Shown one piece after another: positions 38,931 to 51,416 of a stretch of 64,000 bases of DNA. The translations under genes and the position numbers were made by a program. The notes beneath the pieces were generated by a model, which was not told where the DNA came from, made no database searches, and saw only the letters and a list, made by a program, of their open reading frames with translations. Positions within the stretch are counted from its first letter, which is position 1. Each line of letters begins with the position of its first letter. The DNA lies in NCBI GenBank assembly GCA_936941205.1, contig CAKZJF010000082.1, positions 2,536-66,535 of the forward strand. Reading direction: 5' to 3'. The stretch comes from an uncultured Candidatus Altimarinota bacterium. GTDB taxonomy: Bacteria > Patescibacteriota > Gracilibacteria > BD1-5 > UBA2023.

Positions 38931-39872
38931 TTAATTCAGTATTGGATTAATTTCATCAAGACCATACAGCCATTCATAGTGAATGAGTGGTCACCAACAT
39001 TTTCAGTAATACTTACAGTTATTACATTTATGACACCAAAACCTCTCTCGTGGAATATCCTCCTTTTTATCAAAAGAACCCCTATTTAATATATTTCAAT
39101 CATAGGTAATCTTCATTCTATTTTCATAGTCAAAGTCATCTGTGATTTGAATATATTTTTCTCTTTCAGTGGATGGAAAAATACAATACGGTATATCTGC
39201 AATTTTGAGATGAATATCCTTTTTCTTGCAGTATTCAATAATTGGTAAAATCTCCTTCATACATTCGGAATACTTTGGATTAATCCTTTCGAGTATATGC
39301 TCTTTTGAATAATAATCTCTCATAACATCTGGATATGTGATCGCAATATTTCTCACTCACTGGATTTCAAGAAATTTCACCAATTCAAAAAGAGAATTTT
39401 TATTATCTTGAGTAATTACTATATTTGCCTTCAAAAAATTTCATCTCCAATATTTCTTAATATTTTCAAAAACCCCATCCCAACGTACAAAATTATTGGT
39501 GCGAGAAATCTTCTGTTGTTCCTCTGATGAAATAGCTTCAACTGATAAAAACAACTCATCAATATATGGAAGAAACTTTTTTGCTTGGTTATCAATATGA
39601 AGAGTAGATGCATTCGTTGTTACTAGGATTGTGTAACCTAAAAGTTTTCATAATTTTAGTGCATCTAAGAATACTGGCTGAATAAATGGTTCTCCACCAA
39701 GATAGGTTACATGATTATATCATTCTCTCTTATACTTAAGAAGCTTCTTTAAAATATCCTCTTTTGTTACACGTATTTTCCAAGCTTTCTCCATATTTGG
39801 ATACTCGATACAATAAGTGCATTTTTGATTACATGTCCATCCAACGTAGATTTCAAGTCGTTTATGATTCAT
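38931..39872 (-). CDS. radical SAM protein, twitch/SPASM-like (island rSAM 5)
   Basis: 313 aa. VGWTCNQKCTYC, LGGEPF, IPYCIF and CHKCNNCKYYGKCWG. Stop TAA directly abuts the next ATG. Confidence 0.8.
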
Positions 39873-40771
39873 TATTTATGATTGAGATATACCGAAAAAT
39901 AATCCATAAGTGCATGAAGCTCCTTTTGTCCATCAACCTTCTGATATATAACTTTTTCAAAATCCTTCAGCACATCTCGAAAAATATTTAATTGTTTCTC
40001 CTGAATATCCGTAAGCAAGATCTCTTTTCCTTTTCAAAGAAAAAGAGGTCTTGAAAGTTTCTTTCAGAGGTATGTAGAAACTATATCACTATAGTACACC
40101 TTCTCATCAATATCAATAAAAAGTGATTCATTGATTAAGGATGTATTGTATCCATCATTTTTCATAAATCCATATAATATAATATCGTGTGCGTATGAGA
40201 AATCAAGTATCTTTTTCATTACCATGGCCAAATTAGATAAATCTTGCTTACTCCATGAGGCCGTAAAATACACAGGAAGAATATTAAATCATTTTATTCC
40301 CATTTCTATAAGTTTTAAAAACTGTTCATAGGCCATTCATTCTTTCCCCGGAGAAATTACAAGATTCATAAATAATCGATCGATAAGATTACAACTCTGT
40401 GCAATTGACATTACTTTCTCATAACAAAAATTATTTTCTTGATCAATACTAAAAAAAATTCGTGAAAAGTAGGTATCAAGTCATTTCCCTATTTCATGGG
40501 TCAGAAGACTGGTATTTGTTACGATTTCATATTCCCATGAATGATGAATATTTAATTTCTGTATAAAACTCACAATATTTTCCCAAACAATTAATGGTTC
40601 TCCGCCAAAAAATTTTACAGATCAAATGGATGATTTATTGTTTTCTAAAAAAATTGAAAGAGCTTCATATCACTGAAGAGGAAGAATTTTTCAATCCTTT
40701 ACAACATTACAGTAAGAGCAATTAAAATTACACGCGGTGGTGGTATGTATAATGATATTATATTTCTGCAT
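39872..40771 (-). CDS. radical SAM protein, core only (island rSAM 6)
   Basis: 299 aa. TTACNFNCSYC and FGGEPL. No C-terminal Cys cluster. Paralogous to 49507-50505. TAATG overlap with the next gene. Confidence 0.75.
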
Positions 40772-41582
40772 TTCGAATTTCACAATTATCAATTAAAAAG
40801 CAATGACTGCATCTTTTTTGTGTATAACATACATCGCCAGTTCAAAAGCGAAATATATCCTCCTCTCAAACTTGTCATAATATTCCATTATCAAAATCAT
40901 AATAGTTCTGGAACTTCCCAAAAAATTCTTTTGGAAATTTTACAAATGTGGCATGAACTCAAAATTTTTCAAGAGTACAAAATAGTTTATCAATAAATCC
41001 ACGATTCTCACTATAACTATATCCTAATATATCATGATATAGTTCATACGGTCTATCGTGTGGAAAATAATTTACAAAATCAAAATTCTTAATGCCATAC
41101 TGAGTAGTAAGAATGGTTATATCACGATAAATTGATTGTATATTTTGTTTATGAATATGAATAATACATTTTTGATGGAGTCATGATGTAGAAATAAATT
41201 TCATATTACAGAGAAGTTGAGCATATGAAATACCACCATTTACTATGGTAGTATGAATAGATTTATCAAATCTATGAAAATAATAACCAAGAGAAGTAAG
41301 TCAAGAATCTTGGAGCCGTGAAAGTAATGATTTTGAAAGTAAGAATGTATTCGTCAAAATCCCGATTGACCTCTTTCATTGAGACTTAGAAAATCAGATA
41401 ATCTCAAGCAAATTCGGATGAAGTAAAGGATTTCATCCATACAGTGTTATGTTTATATCTCTAGACGATTGTATTTGTTCGTATATTAAATCCGTATTTA
41501 AAAATGGCTCTCTTTTTCTATATGTCTGTTCTAAACAATAAAGACAATTATTATTGCATGTATAGGTAATTCGAATGTCCAT
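40758..41582 (-). CDS. radical SAM protein, twitch/SPASM-like (island rSAM 7)
   Basis: 274 aa from MDIRITYTCNNNCLYC. LYGGNPL. C-terminal CYTQKRCSHCFLIDNC. ATG lies 2 nt after the upstream stop. Confidence 0.75.
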
Positions 41583-41584
41583 AA

Positions 41585-42334
41585 TTATAATGCGGTAATT
41601 GGTCGTACCTGGAGGATATATAATTTTCATTTCGAAATAGTCCATTCCACATCTATTTCAAAATCATAAAAAGTTTGAAGCCTAGATAGTTCCGATATGA
41701 GTAATCCTTCCCATTCTAAGGTTAATGAATTATTTTCTTTTTCATAAATATATATATCTAGGTTTTCTCAAATATATTTATATTGAATATTTTTCTTATG
41801 TTCGATAATGGTATAATTCTTGCTGAGAAAGAGTTTATTCGCTTTTACGACACCATCAACGAGAAATTGATTACATCATTTAATATATTCTATAAGTCTT
41901 CCGTTATTAAAATTGGAGAAGTAGACTCATGATACCTCTCATATAATAAATTCCTGAATCAATACATTCATTTTTCTTTTTTCAAGAACTTTTCAAGTAA
42001 TCTTAATTTCATATTCATCTAAAAAATCATTTTCCACTGATTGAAATACATCCAAAATATCATTGTGTAATAGTTTTTCTGAAATTCTTCATTCAATAGA
42101 TTCAAATAAACCAGCATAGGAAAGTTTCATACTATCCTCATTACTCATAGAGGAACGACATATATAATATTCCGTTCACACTATATTCATATAATCGGTG
42201 TAAATATCTTCATTTATATCTTCTTTCTCTGTTATCATAAATCATCGAGGAATATAAAAAGCATCTTTAATTTTTAATAAATTAAGTATTTTTCAACCAA
42301 CACTCTTTTCTAGATTGATTTGTGAGTAATTCAT
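41585..42334 (-). CDS. PPDK_N-like (PEP/pyruvate-binding, ATP-grasp type) domain protein
   Basis: 249 aa. VGGKILNLL..IPRGF near the N-terminus and KLYILQVRPIT at the C-terminus, the two hallmarks of the PEP-utilising enzyme nucleotide-binding domain. Confidence 0.55.
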
Positions 42335-43560
42335 TATCATATTCTTTTTATAAATCAAGTATTAAAATTAATTTCGATAAGATCATTATTTTCTAATCAG
42401 AAGAAGTAATCAATTCAGACTGAATCAATATATCTCATTCATAATTCTTTTGAAATAATTTTATAATGACTCGTATGAATACTATCATCTTCAACTCAGG
42501 AACAAGAAAGTAAATATTTAAATTTATAAATATATGGAATTGAAGAATTTATATCTTTATTTCAAATCAGTACAATATATTTATCAAAATGATATTTAAT
42601 ATTAAATATATCTTCTATTTTTATAGCAAATAAAGACACTACTCTATTTTCCTGAATTCAAACATTAGAAAGATAGGATTCTCAAATTTGAGTTCTTTTA
42701 CCTGAACTTATATCTACGGAAAGAAAGAAGTTAACATCATAATCTGCAATTCATTGATAATACTTATTTATATACTGACTTTGAATAGTTTCATTTTTTA
42801 GAGGCTTAAATAAATGAAATTCAAAATGAATAGAAATCTTTAAATCATTTATTAGTTTTTCAAAACGTTTTTGGTAAATATAATTTTTAAATAATAAATT
42901 TGGCAAAAGCTCTTTTGAATTTCTATATTTTTTCGTATCTAGAAAATAAGTATTAAATATATCTTTTCAAAAAAAATATATTTTCGTTCTATCCAAAATT
43001 TTTTTACTCACTCAGCAAGATATATCATCATATATAAATATAGGGGATACTAAAAAATCATTTTTTGTAAATCAAATACTATTCAAAAAATTTCCTATTA
43101 AAATAAACTTTTCGTTAATTTCATACTTTCAAATTATTTCTGAAGAAAATGATTTTGGTAAGAAATCTTTTTCCGAATGCTTCAAACATGTAAAAGAATA
43201 ATCACAAGTATAACATTCACTATGATTTATTTGTAAACTCCATGTATAAAATAAATACATTTTATTTAATAGATATTTTTCTATTAAATATCTCTCTTTT
43301 ATAATGCAATATGGAAAATTAACTAAATGAATAATAAATCAATTTTCATTTAGTCTATAATAAAGTTTTTCCAGTAGGTAAATAAAAGAGTTTCAAATAT
43401 AATCTAATATCTTTTTTTCTTGTTTTAAAGTATATATTATAATAATTTTTGTATGACTCAGCTTTTCTATTTTTTTAATATAATTAAACAGGAAATATTC
43501 AAAATCTTTTGTTGAAGAAAAAATATCGATATTTAACTTGAATATTTTTCGTTTTATCAT
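42334..43560 (-). CDS. hypothetical protein, paralogue A: rSAM-auxiliary-like Cys domain + possible ATP-grasp-like domain
   Basis: 408 aa, whole frame checked line by line. NFPYCII and ECYTCDYSFTC resemble the C-terminal domains of neighbouring rSAMs, but there is no CxxxCxxC core. Ends ..IEINFNTGFIKRIG. Confidence 0.7.
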
Positions 43561-44801
43561 ATTCGCTTAATGAATCAAGTAAAAAAATTAGCCTCAATGT
43601 TTTGGCCAGTTTCCAATCAATAAAAAATTCCTGTTCATATATGATCAATATATTGAGCACCTATTTCATTAAATATGATCTTATAATGTGCTAATTCTTC
43701 AAGTCTATTATATGAGAGAAAATATTTAAATTTATATATTTCAGGAATATATAAATTTAAATCATGTTCAAAAAATAATACTAAATATTTCTCAAAATTA
43801 CTTACAACTTTATTTATATCACTCAATGTTACAATTTCCAAAACAATTTTACAATTATTTGTATAATGATTTATATTGGATCTTCATTGTATCTCCATTC
43901 AAATATCAGTCCTTTTTTTAAAAACTAATTCTTCCATGAGATGTAATGAAATATTCTTCTTTCTTTGAAATCAATAATTAATCCCATTGTACTGTGTAAT
44001 TCCTATTTCATCTCATTCAATATTATAGGATTTATCCTTATATAGTTCCCTATCAAAATCCGTATAACTTAGGAATATAGATAATCCCAATTTTTTCAGC
44101 AATCTGTTGAATCTATTTTGCAATAAATAATTTCTAAAAAAAAGATTTGATCTTACTCATGAAACCATATTTTCTGTGTCAATAAAATAATTTTCATAGC
44201 TCACTCAATTCAGTCAATCAATAAAAAGTTCAATCTTATGCATTAAATCCGTATTCATTTCTTCAAAATCCGTATTCAATTCAAATAAGAAATCAAAATA
44301 AATATTCTTCCTTGGAATTCATATATTCTCAAAGAAAAGCAATATCATATCAATTTTATTAAGAAATTGATTTTTTTGAATGGTTAAACAATCAAAACTC
44401 TGTACAAAGTGGGAGTTATATCAAGGACAAGAAAAATAATATTTACATTTGTAACACTTATTATGGCTCTTAGGAAGAACATAAATTTTATTTAAAAACA
44501 CCTCATTTATAAAATATTTTTTTATAATATCTTCATTTCTTGTTATACAGTAAGGAATATTTAAAAATTTAATTTTAATATTATTTCTACTAATGAATTG
44601 CTCGATACGTCATAACTTAGGGATTAATATATCGATAATATATGAAAAAATATGTATATCTCTCTTAAGGGTATAAATAATAAAACCGTTTTCTTGAGTG
44701 GGATATGCTTTCTTTAAAACTCTAAAAAAAAATAATTCAAACGAGGCTATTGATTGGAAATCATCAATATTTACTCTGATGGTGTTACTTTTATTATTCA
44801 T
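43554..44801 (-). CDS. hypothetical protein, paralogue B of 42334-43560
   Basis: 415 aa. ORFs 43635-43841 and 44610-44801 are in one frame. NIPYCIT and KCYKCKYYFSCPG. Ends ..IEANFFTGFIKRIG. Confidence 0.7.
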
Positions 44802-46176
44802 TACAGATCTTATTACTAATATGAGCCAGTGGATCTAATTTATCGTATCCACCATTATATATATTTGCATCCATTCTGCTTCATCCACGACATTTTTCTT
44901 TATGTAAGCAATCACTGCACTCCTTTGGAAGAAAACCATTATTTAACATTTTTTGCACGTATTCACCACTCCAAACTTCACCAATATCATGATCAAAAAT
45001 ACTTCATAAATTTGAATCAAATGCAGACATTATCTGAATATTTCCATCGGTTGTAATGATAGTTTTAACATTATGACTTTCTGATAATTCACCATCTATC
45101 ACAGAACCTGCAACTTCCAAATTTTTCATTACACAAAAAGGGACACTATCAACAATTTTATAATTTACCCCATATTGGTGATTGAGTTTGTATAATTTAG
45201 CAAGGGCAAGAGTAATCATTTCACGACTAATTCACTTGGTTGTTCCTGTCGAGTATAATCGAAAAAAATGCCAATTTTCTAATTGAAATTTATTACAAAC
45301 ATATGCGTATATCTGGCTTAAATGTATTATATTTTTTGGTGTAAGAATCGTAAGAAAATCAAGAGTAATATTTTTAAAATTTACTATCTTTTCAAGTTGG
45401 AAAATTTTTTGATCATATTTGGTTTTGAATGTTTCCAATCCAGTAATTCACTGAATATTATAGGCACCTTGTTTATTAATCGTGTAATAGTCATCATTAT
45501 TAAATTCATGCATAGAGACCATAAGATTGACTGAAAAATTTTCATTTAATCGCTCAAGTGTTTTATCAAATAAGAGAGTTCAATTGGTATTTATGCGTAT
45601 AAATATACCCTTATCACGTATATATTCTAATAAATCAAATAAGAAATTAGCAGAAAAAGGCTCTCAACCTGTAATTATAATATCACGAGTACCTGCTATA
45701 TAAAGTTTATCTATAATATTTTTGTATTCTTGTAATCAGAGTCATTTTCGAAAATTACGATCTTTTAACGGATAGTCATAATCATTGAAACAGTAGTTAC
45801 AAAATAAATTACATTTACTCGTAATAGTTAATACAACTCCAAATGGAATTAATTTTAATTTATTCTTCTCTTGAAAAAAGTGAAAATCATGAATATCTGT
45901 TTGAGATAAAAGAGTAAATACTTCCCTTCCAATATCATCCAAAGAAGAAGTTATTATCCAGTTTTTTATAGTAAATTCAGGAAGTTCCGTGGAAAAAAAA
46001 TCTCTATGTGTAAAATATACGCTTTGATATTGAAAAGTATGAATATCTTGAAATACAACTTCTATACATCCATTTTCTTTCTCAATAATTCTAGAAATCT
46101 TATATCGAGTCAACAATATCCTATCATAAGAGATGGAAGGAAATAATACGAGCGAGTAGAAAATTTTTGTAATCAT
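44794..46176 (-). CDS. radical SAM/SPASM-like maturase-type enzyme with about 105-aa N-terminal extension
   Basis: 460 aa. ORFs 45004-45219, 45232-45438 and 45742-46176 are in one frame. TSKCNLFCNYC, ITGGEPF, PFCV.., and ECSDCLHKEKCRGGS (CX2CX5CX3 with the last Cys replaced by Ser). Confidence 0.8.
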
Positions 46177-46183
46177 GACTAAC

Positions 46184-48253
46184 TTATGATATTAACTGAT
46201 GTAAAATTTCATAGTACTTTATAATTATATAATTCATATTTTTAATACATTGTTGTAATTTCATATCTGAACTATTTAAATCTCAAGAGAAATTATAACT
46301 TATATTTTTATACGAAAAATATCGTCCTTCTTTTTTTTGATCGAAATATATATGTACTATATAGTTATTTCATCATAAGTATAATTTATAGGAGAAGCGA
46401 TTATGAAATGAAAATGTAAATGCTACATCTATATCTGAGAATAAAAGATGAGAAAATTGTTTCCATTTTCGCAAATACTCTACCCTCTTCTCTTGAGAAT
46501 CTATACAAATTTTCAAAAGATTCTCAGAAAAATGAAATACACATTCTTCTTGTATCTTCTTATGTTTTTTCGTAATAAAAAAATCACCAAAAATCAGAGC
46601 ATCAAGATGAGTGGAAAGAAACAAATTCATAGCCTCTTGAGGTGTTTCAACTATAGGTTCAGACTTTACATTTAATGATGTATTAATAAGAGCTGGTACT
46701 CATGTTTTCTTGTAAAATATACTTATAAGCTCATGAATTCTCGGATTCTCATTTTTATTTACAGTCTGATATCGTACAGTTCAATCAACATGAGTGACTC
46801 CCGCTAAAAAAGAAATTTTTGACGGCAGAACAACTGAAGATAAAGTCATATATGGACTTTTTATCTGAACAGAAATATATTCTTGGAAATATTCCTCAAG
46901 CATAATTGGAGCCAATGGTCTCCAATTCTCTCGACTCTTTATTGTATTTACTCATAGATTATTTTCTCGAAGCATTGGAGAGGCTAGTATACTTCTATAT
47001 CAAAGTGCTCGGGGTCAGAATTCTGAAGAACCATGAAAGCATCAAATGATTTTATTTTCAATTAGATTATTTACAACAATTTCTGGATTATAGGGTATCA
47101 CTTCTATTAAATCAGATACATTATTGATAACTTCTTGAAAAACATGAACAGAGTAATTCTTGCCAATATTTGGAAAATAATGAATCTTTCCTTTTTGAGA
47201 ATTATCTTCATTCTCTATTATATAATATAAGAAATATAATCATCAGAGAGCAATTCACTGATCTCATACCGCAGATTGAACAAAAATATTTTCAAAACCA
47301 CATTCTTGAAGTAAGATAGTATTAGCTAAAACATTCAGTCCAACTCATCATGCAATGCATATATTTTTTGATTGCGTAAGAATTTGAGCCCTATTTCAGA
47401 GGTATCGAATTGCTTTTTCAGTATGAAATTGTAAATGTGCAGCAATATCAGCAAATATTGATGCAGTAATATCATCCTCTTTTTTCTTATAGTCTCATTG
47501 TGCTATCTTATAAAGCTGTATAAGATATTCCTTCATTTCATGCAATTGAATACCTTTTTTGAAAAAATAAACATCTTTTCACAAATATGAAAACAATTCT
47601 ATATCGGAAAATCGATTCTTATCTCCATACGCAGATAGCCCCATAACACTTCAAGATTCAAGTCATATAAGATCGGAAATCATTTCATAAGTTGCCCCTA
47701 CTCCATATATTCCAATACCTTCATCCACCTCCATCCCCTCTATAAATTGTATTTTCCTGTTTTCACCATAATAAATAGATTGTGTCATGTTAATTCCATT
47801 CAATCAACCCTCACCATCATATCAACTTGAATCTAAAACTAAAATAGCAGAATCACAAAAAGAGGAAGAAAAATATGAACTCATTCCATGGAGGAGATGG
47901 TGCTCTTCGAAAAATCAATATGGCTGAAGAAAATCCGTATTATTTAAATATCTCCAGTTTTGATATACTGAATATATAAATGGATAATCAATAAAATAGT
48001 TCTCATCAATGTTAATTCCAAGTCAAATTATTGTAAAGTTCTCATAATTTCAAATTATGGAAAATAAATAATCTAATCATCTATAAAAATATTGCTTCTT
48101 TATAAATTCATTTGATTCTTCGGGAATTATACAATGTTTGAGTCGTGCAAGTCTTTCTAATTCAATCCCATACAGCTTTCATTGAAAGAACATTACAATA
48201 GAAGGATCATGTTCAACATTGGCAAGACAGATGTATATTTTTTCTCTTTCCAT
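46184..48253 (-). CDS. carbamoyltransferase (NodU/CmcH/TobZ family) with C-terminal extension
   Basis: 689 aa. GLSAYGD, HGSSEFGPRALGYRSILA, RENWRPLAP and NTSLNVKSEPIV motifs (frames spot-checked). ORF 46373-46630 is in frame. Confidence 0.8.
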
Positions 48254-48254
48254 T

Positions 48255-49526
48255 CTATATTAAATTCTTAATAATATGTGCTATTTTTGATGTCTCTCAG
48301 ATTAACGCATTTCGAATATTTTCAGAATGGATATCCTTTCCGAGATCAATCTCCATACCTTCCACAATATGATTCACCAATGTATGGAGAAAATTATACG
48401 ACAAAAGTGGGAGAGATAAGCTTTTGGGTGTGTATGCCCAACTCTTCAGTAGTATAGTAATATTCTTTTGAATACAAGGATTCTTACAATAAGCAATATC
48501 AATACTTATAAGAAACAAAAGAGTGTAAATAAATGTTACAATAAGTGGAGCAGTATTTATTTTATTAAAATCTACTATATATACCTTTGAATCTTTTCAT
48601 AAAAAATGACATATGTCCAAATTAAAATATGTATATGTATGCGTAAGTATTGGATTATTGAATAAATTTTCCACATCTAGAATAGAATCATAATCTCATG
48701 GCATCATTCATAATAATTGATTTATATCATCAATAGTACATGATCGTTGTATAGAAAAAATTGTTTGTAACTTAAAAATTTCAAGTAGAAATTCTTGCTT
48801 ATTTCCATAAAGATATTTGAGTGTTACTGGCTTTGCATCTAAAAAACTAAAGCCAGAGAAATAGTATGGCAAGCCATTGAAGTTTTTCTGAATAATATAG
48901 CATTCTTGTGGTATATTCATGTGTGCCAATTGAAATATACTATATCAATTCATAACATTCACTACATCTGAAAAACGATGAAAACACCCTTTAATAATGT
49001 ATCGTTTCATTTTATATACCCCAATATAATCATTATATAAAAACTTAAACTCTGAATTTGAATCAAATACCCTATAAAGACATTCTGTCAATTGCGTAAA
49101 TCCTTCTTCTCATAAATAAAAGAAGTGCTGTCTTAACTCGCACTCGTAAAAATGCAATATTTTATTTTTCTTTGTAAAATATATACTATTTTCGATTCTC
49201 AACATATCTTCCTGGATTTTTTGCTCTATTCAATTCGGTACATACTGTAAGATATTCATACTAGCAATAGAAATTCATCTTCCAATAAAAAAATTCCTGA
49301 TTACATTCGTACAGATTTCCAAAAGATTCTTATGAATTAATGTATTATATATTAGTAGTAATTCTGTATCTTTTATTTCAAAAATAAGAAGTCATGTATT
49401 GTCTTTTTTTAGAAAAATACAATTGTATGCAAAAAAAATATTTATATTTAAAACTCCGAGTTTCTCATACAATATATAGGAAAGCTCAGAACTCCAGAAT
49501 GTCTCATTATTTAGAAATTGTATCAT
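48255..49526 (-). CDS. hypothetical protein (423 aa), possibly kinase-fold
   Basis: ORFs 48297-48518 and 48708-48929 are in one frame with ATG 49526 and TAG 48255-48257. The weak VYIVDFNK segment is the only hint of function. Confidence 0.6.
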
Positions 49527-50505
49527 TCCCTTTTGAAGTTAATACTCGGTAAATATTTCATCCCATATTACTTCTATTATTTTCATCACTATTCATAATT
49601 TTATAAATTACTACATAATCCCGTAAATATCCAAGTTTTTCAGGTAAACTATATAATAATTTTACTATTGTTTTAATATCATACTTCTTTACTACTTCAT
49701 ACAAGGATGTATTCTGAATATTCCCAATGAGAGTTGCACTTTCAACTTGTTTTATAAGATTATCTCATAAAGTATCATATTGTTTTCCAATAAAAAGTTC
49801 ATCACTCGAATCTTGATAAATATTTAACTTTGAGTCAATTACTAATCAAATCTCAACAGGTATTCAATCAAAATATGAAAATTTATAGATTTTTGCATTC
49901 GCATATGTTTCATTATGAATATATTGTTTATCAACATATATTATAAATTTCTTCAAATTTTTTAGATCATCTTGTTTCCATGGAATAGTTAACATTACCG
50001 GAATAATATTTACCTTTAAAAATCAAAATTCCATAACTCTATCAATCTTTTCATATACTAGATTAATATGAACCGGACTCACAATAAAATTAATCTGAAT
50101 GAGATGAAATGCCTTTTGGAGAAATTTTCATTTCAGGAGTTGTTTATATGTCTCCTCTTTATCAGCATGAAATGTAAGGTAGATTCGTACATTATTTTGA
50201 ATTAAAAAATTCAAAATATCTTCCGTTAATAATATTCAATTCGTACCGATTGAATATTGTAATTTTGAGTTATTTGCATGCTCAATAAAGTATCTTACAT
50301 TTTCAAAGTTTAATAGTGGCTCACCTCAGAAAAAATTAATCGTACAGTCGTCATAATACTCTTCATTTTTATGAAGATATGATATAATCTCATCTATTTT
50401 CTCAGTATTTATATATGTATCATCAAAATGAATAGGACAATACATACATCTTCGATTACAAGCATTTGCCATAATGAGATCAATTACAATCTTTCTAGTA
50501 TTCAT
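49507..50505 (-). CDS. radical SAM protein, core only (paralogue of 39872-40771)
   Basis: 332 aa, frame verified line by line. MANACNRRCMYC and FFGGEPL. No C-terminal Cys cluster. Confidence 0.8.
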
Positions 50506-50531
50506 ACACTTCTATACGTTAATATACAAAA

Positions 50532-51416
50532 TTATTCTCAAGAAACTATCTGGCTCATAAAATCTTGAATTCAGGCAACAAAATCTGAATTATTTCTATC
50601 CCTTATGTCAAGTAGAGATATTTGACCTTGCCAATATCATGTGGGGTTCTTTATCATACCAATAGGCGCAAATATACTATCGTATATTGGAAAAAATCAA
50701 TCTAAATAACGATTACAATGATTTTCATCAGAAAAAGCAAGAATATGAGACTTTCAAAGAGTTTCAGCTAATTTCTTCATGTAATAAAAGGCATACTTAT
50801 GGAGTCTCAACTTTTTTATTCCACCATATTTTTTATAATAGTCATTGGTGTATTGTAAATTTGAGATAAAGAGTGTTTGTTCTCAGATATATAAACTGAA
50901 TCAGAAAATCTTTATTCAATGGTCTCGTATTTCAAAAAATAAAGAATTACTTGAATCATGCCAATCCTTCGCTCATTGAAAAATATGAAATTGCAAACTA
51001 TATCATTTTACAAGAAAGCTACAAGTATATTCTTCCTTAAGAGGAAAATGATTTATATGATATAAAAATATATCATATAAATCAAAGTAGAGTACATTCT
51101 TACTCCTATGCCAATGATCAATTAAAAGAAATATTTCTCAAAAATGAAACGCTTTCATAATCTCTATAATACGATCTTTGTATATTTCATATGTTTGGAG
51201 ATTTTTAAGAATTATTTCCTCTTTTTCAGAAGCATAGTTATCATAATTCAGTACTATCAAAAAAAATCGAAAAAATTCTTTTTCAAATTTATAAATCTCC
51301 GGCATTCAAGAAAAAAAATCCCTACCAGTTACTGTTTTTAAAAAGAGTAATGTTTTCTTAAAATCTGCACTATCCACGGTACTAAGAATTCAGTCTACTA
51401 GTTTCTTATTATCCAT
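50532..51416 (-). CDS. hypothetical protein (294 aa)
   Basis: ATG 51416 and TAA 50532-50534. Frame spot-checked in three places. No family recognised. Confidence 0.6.
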
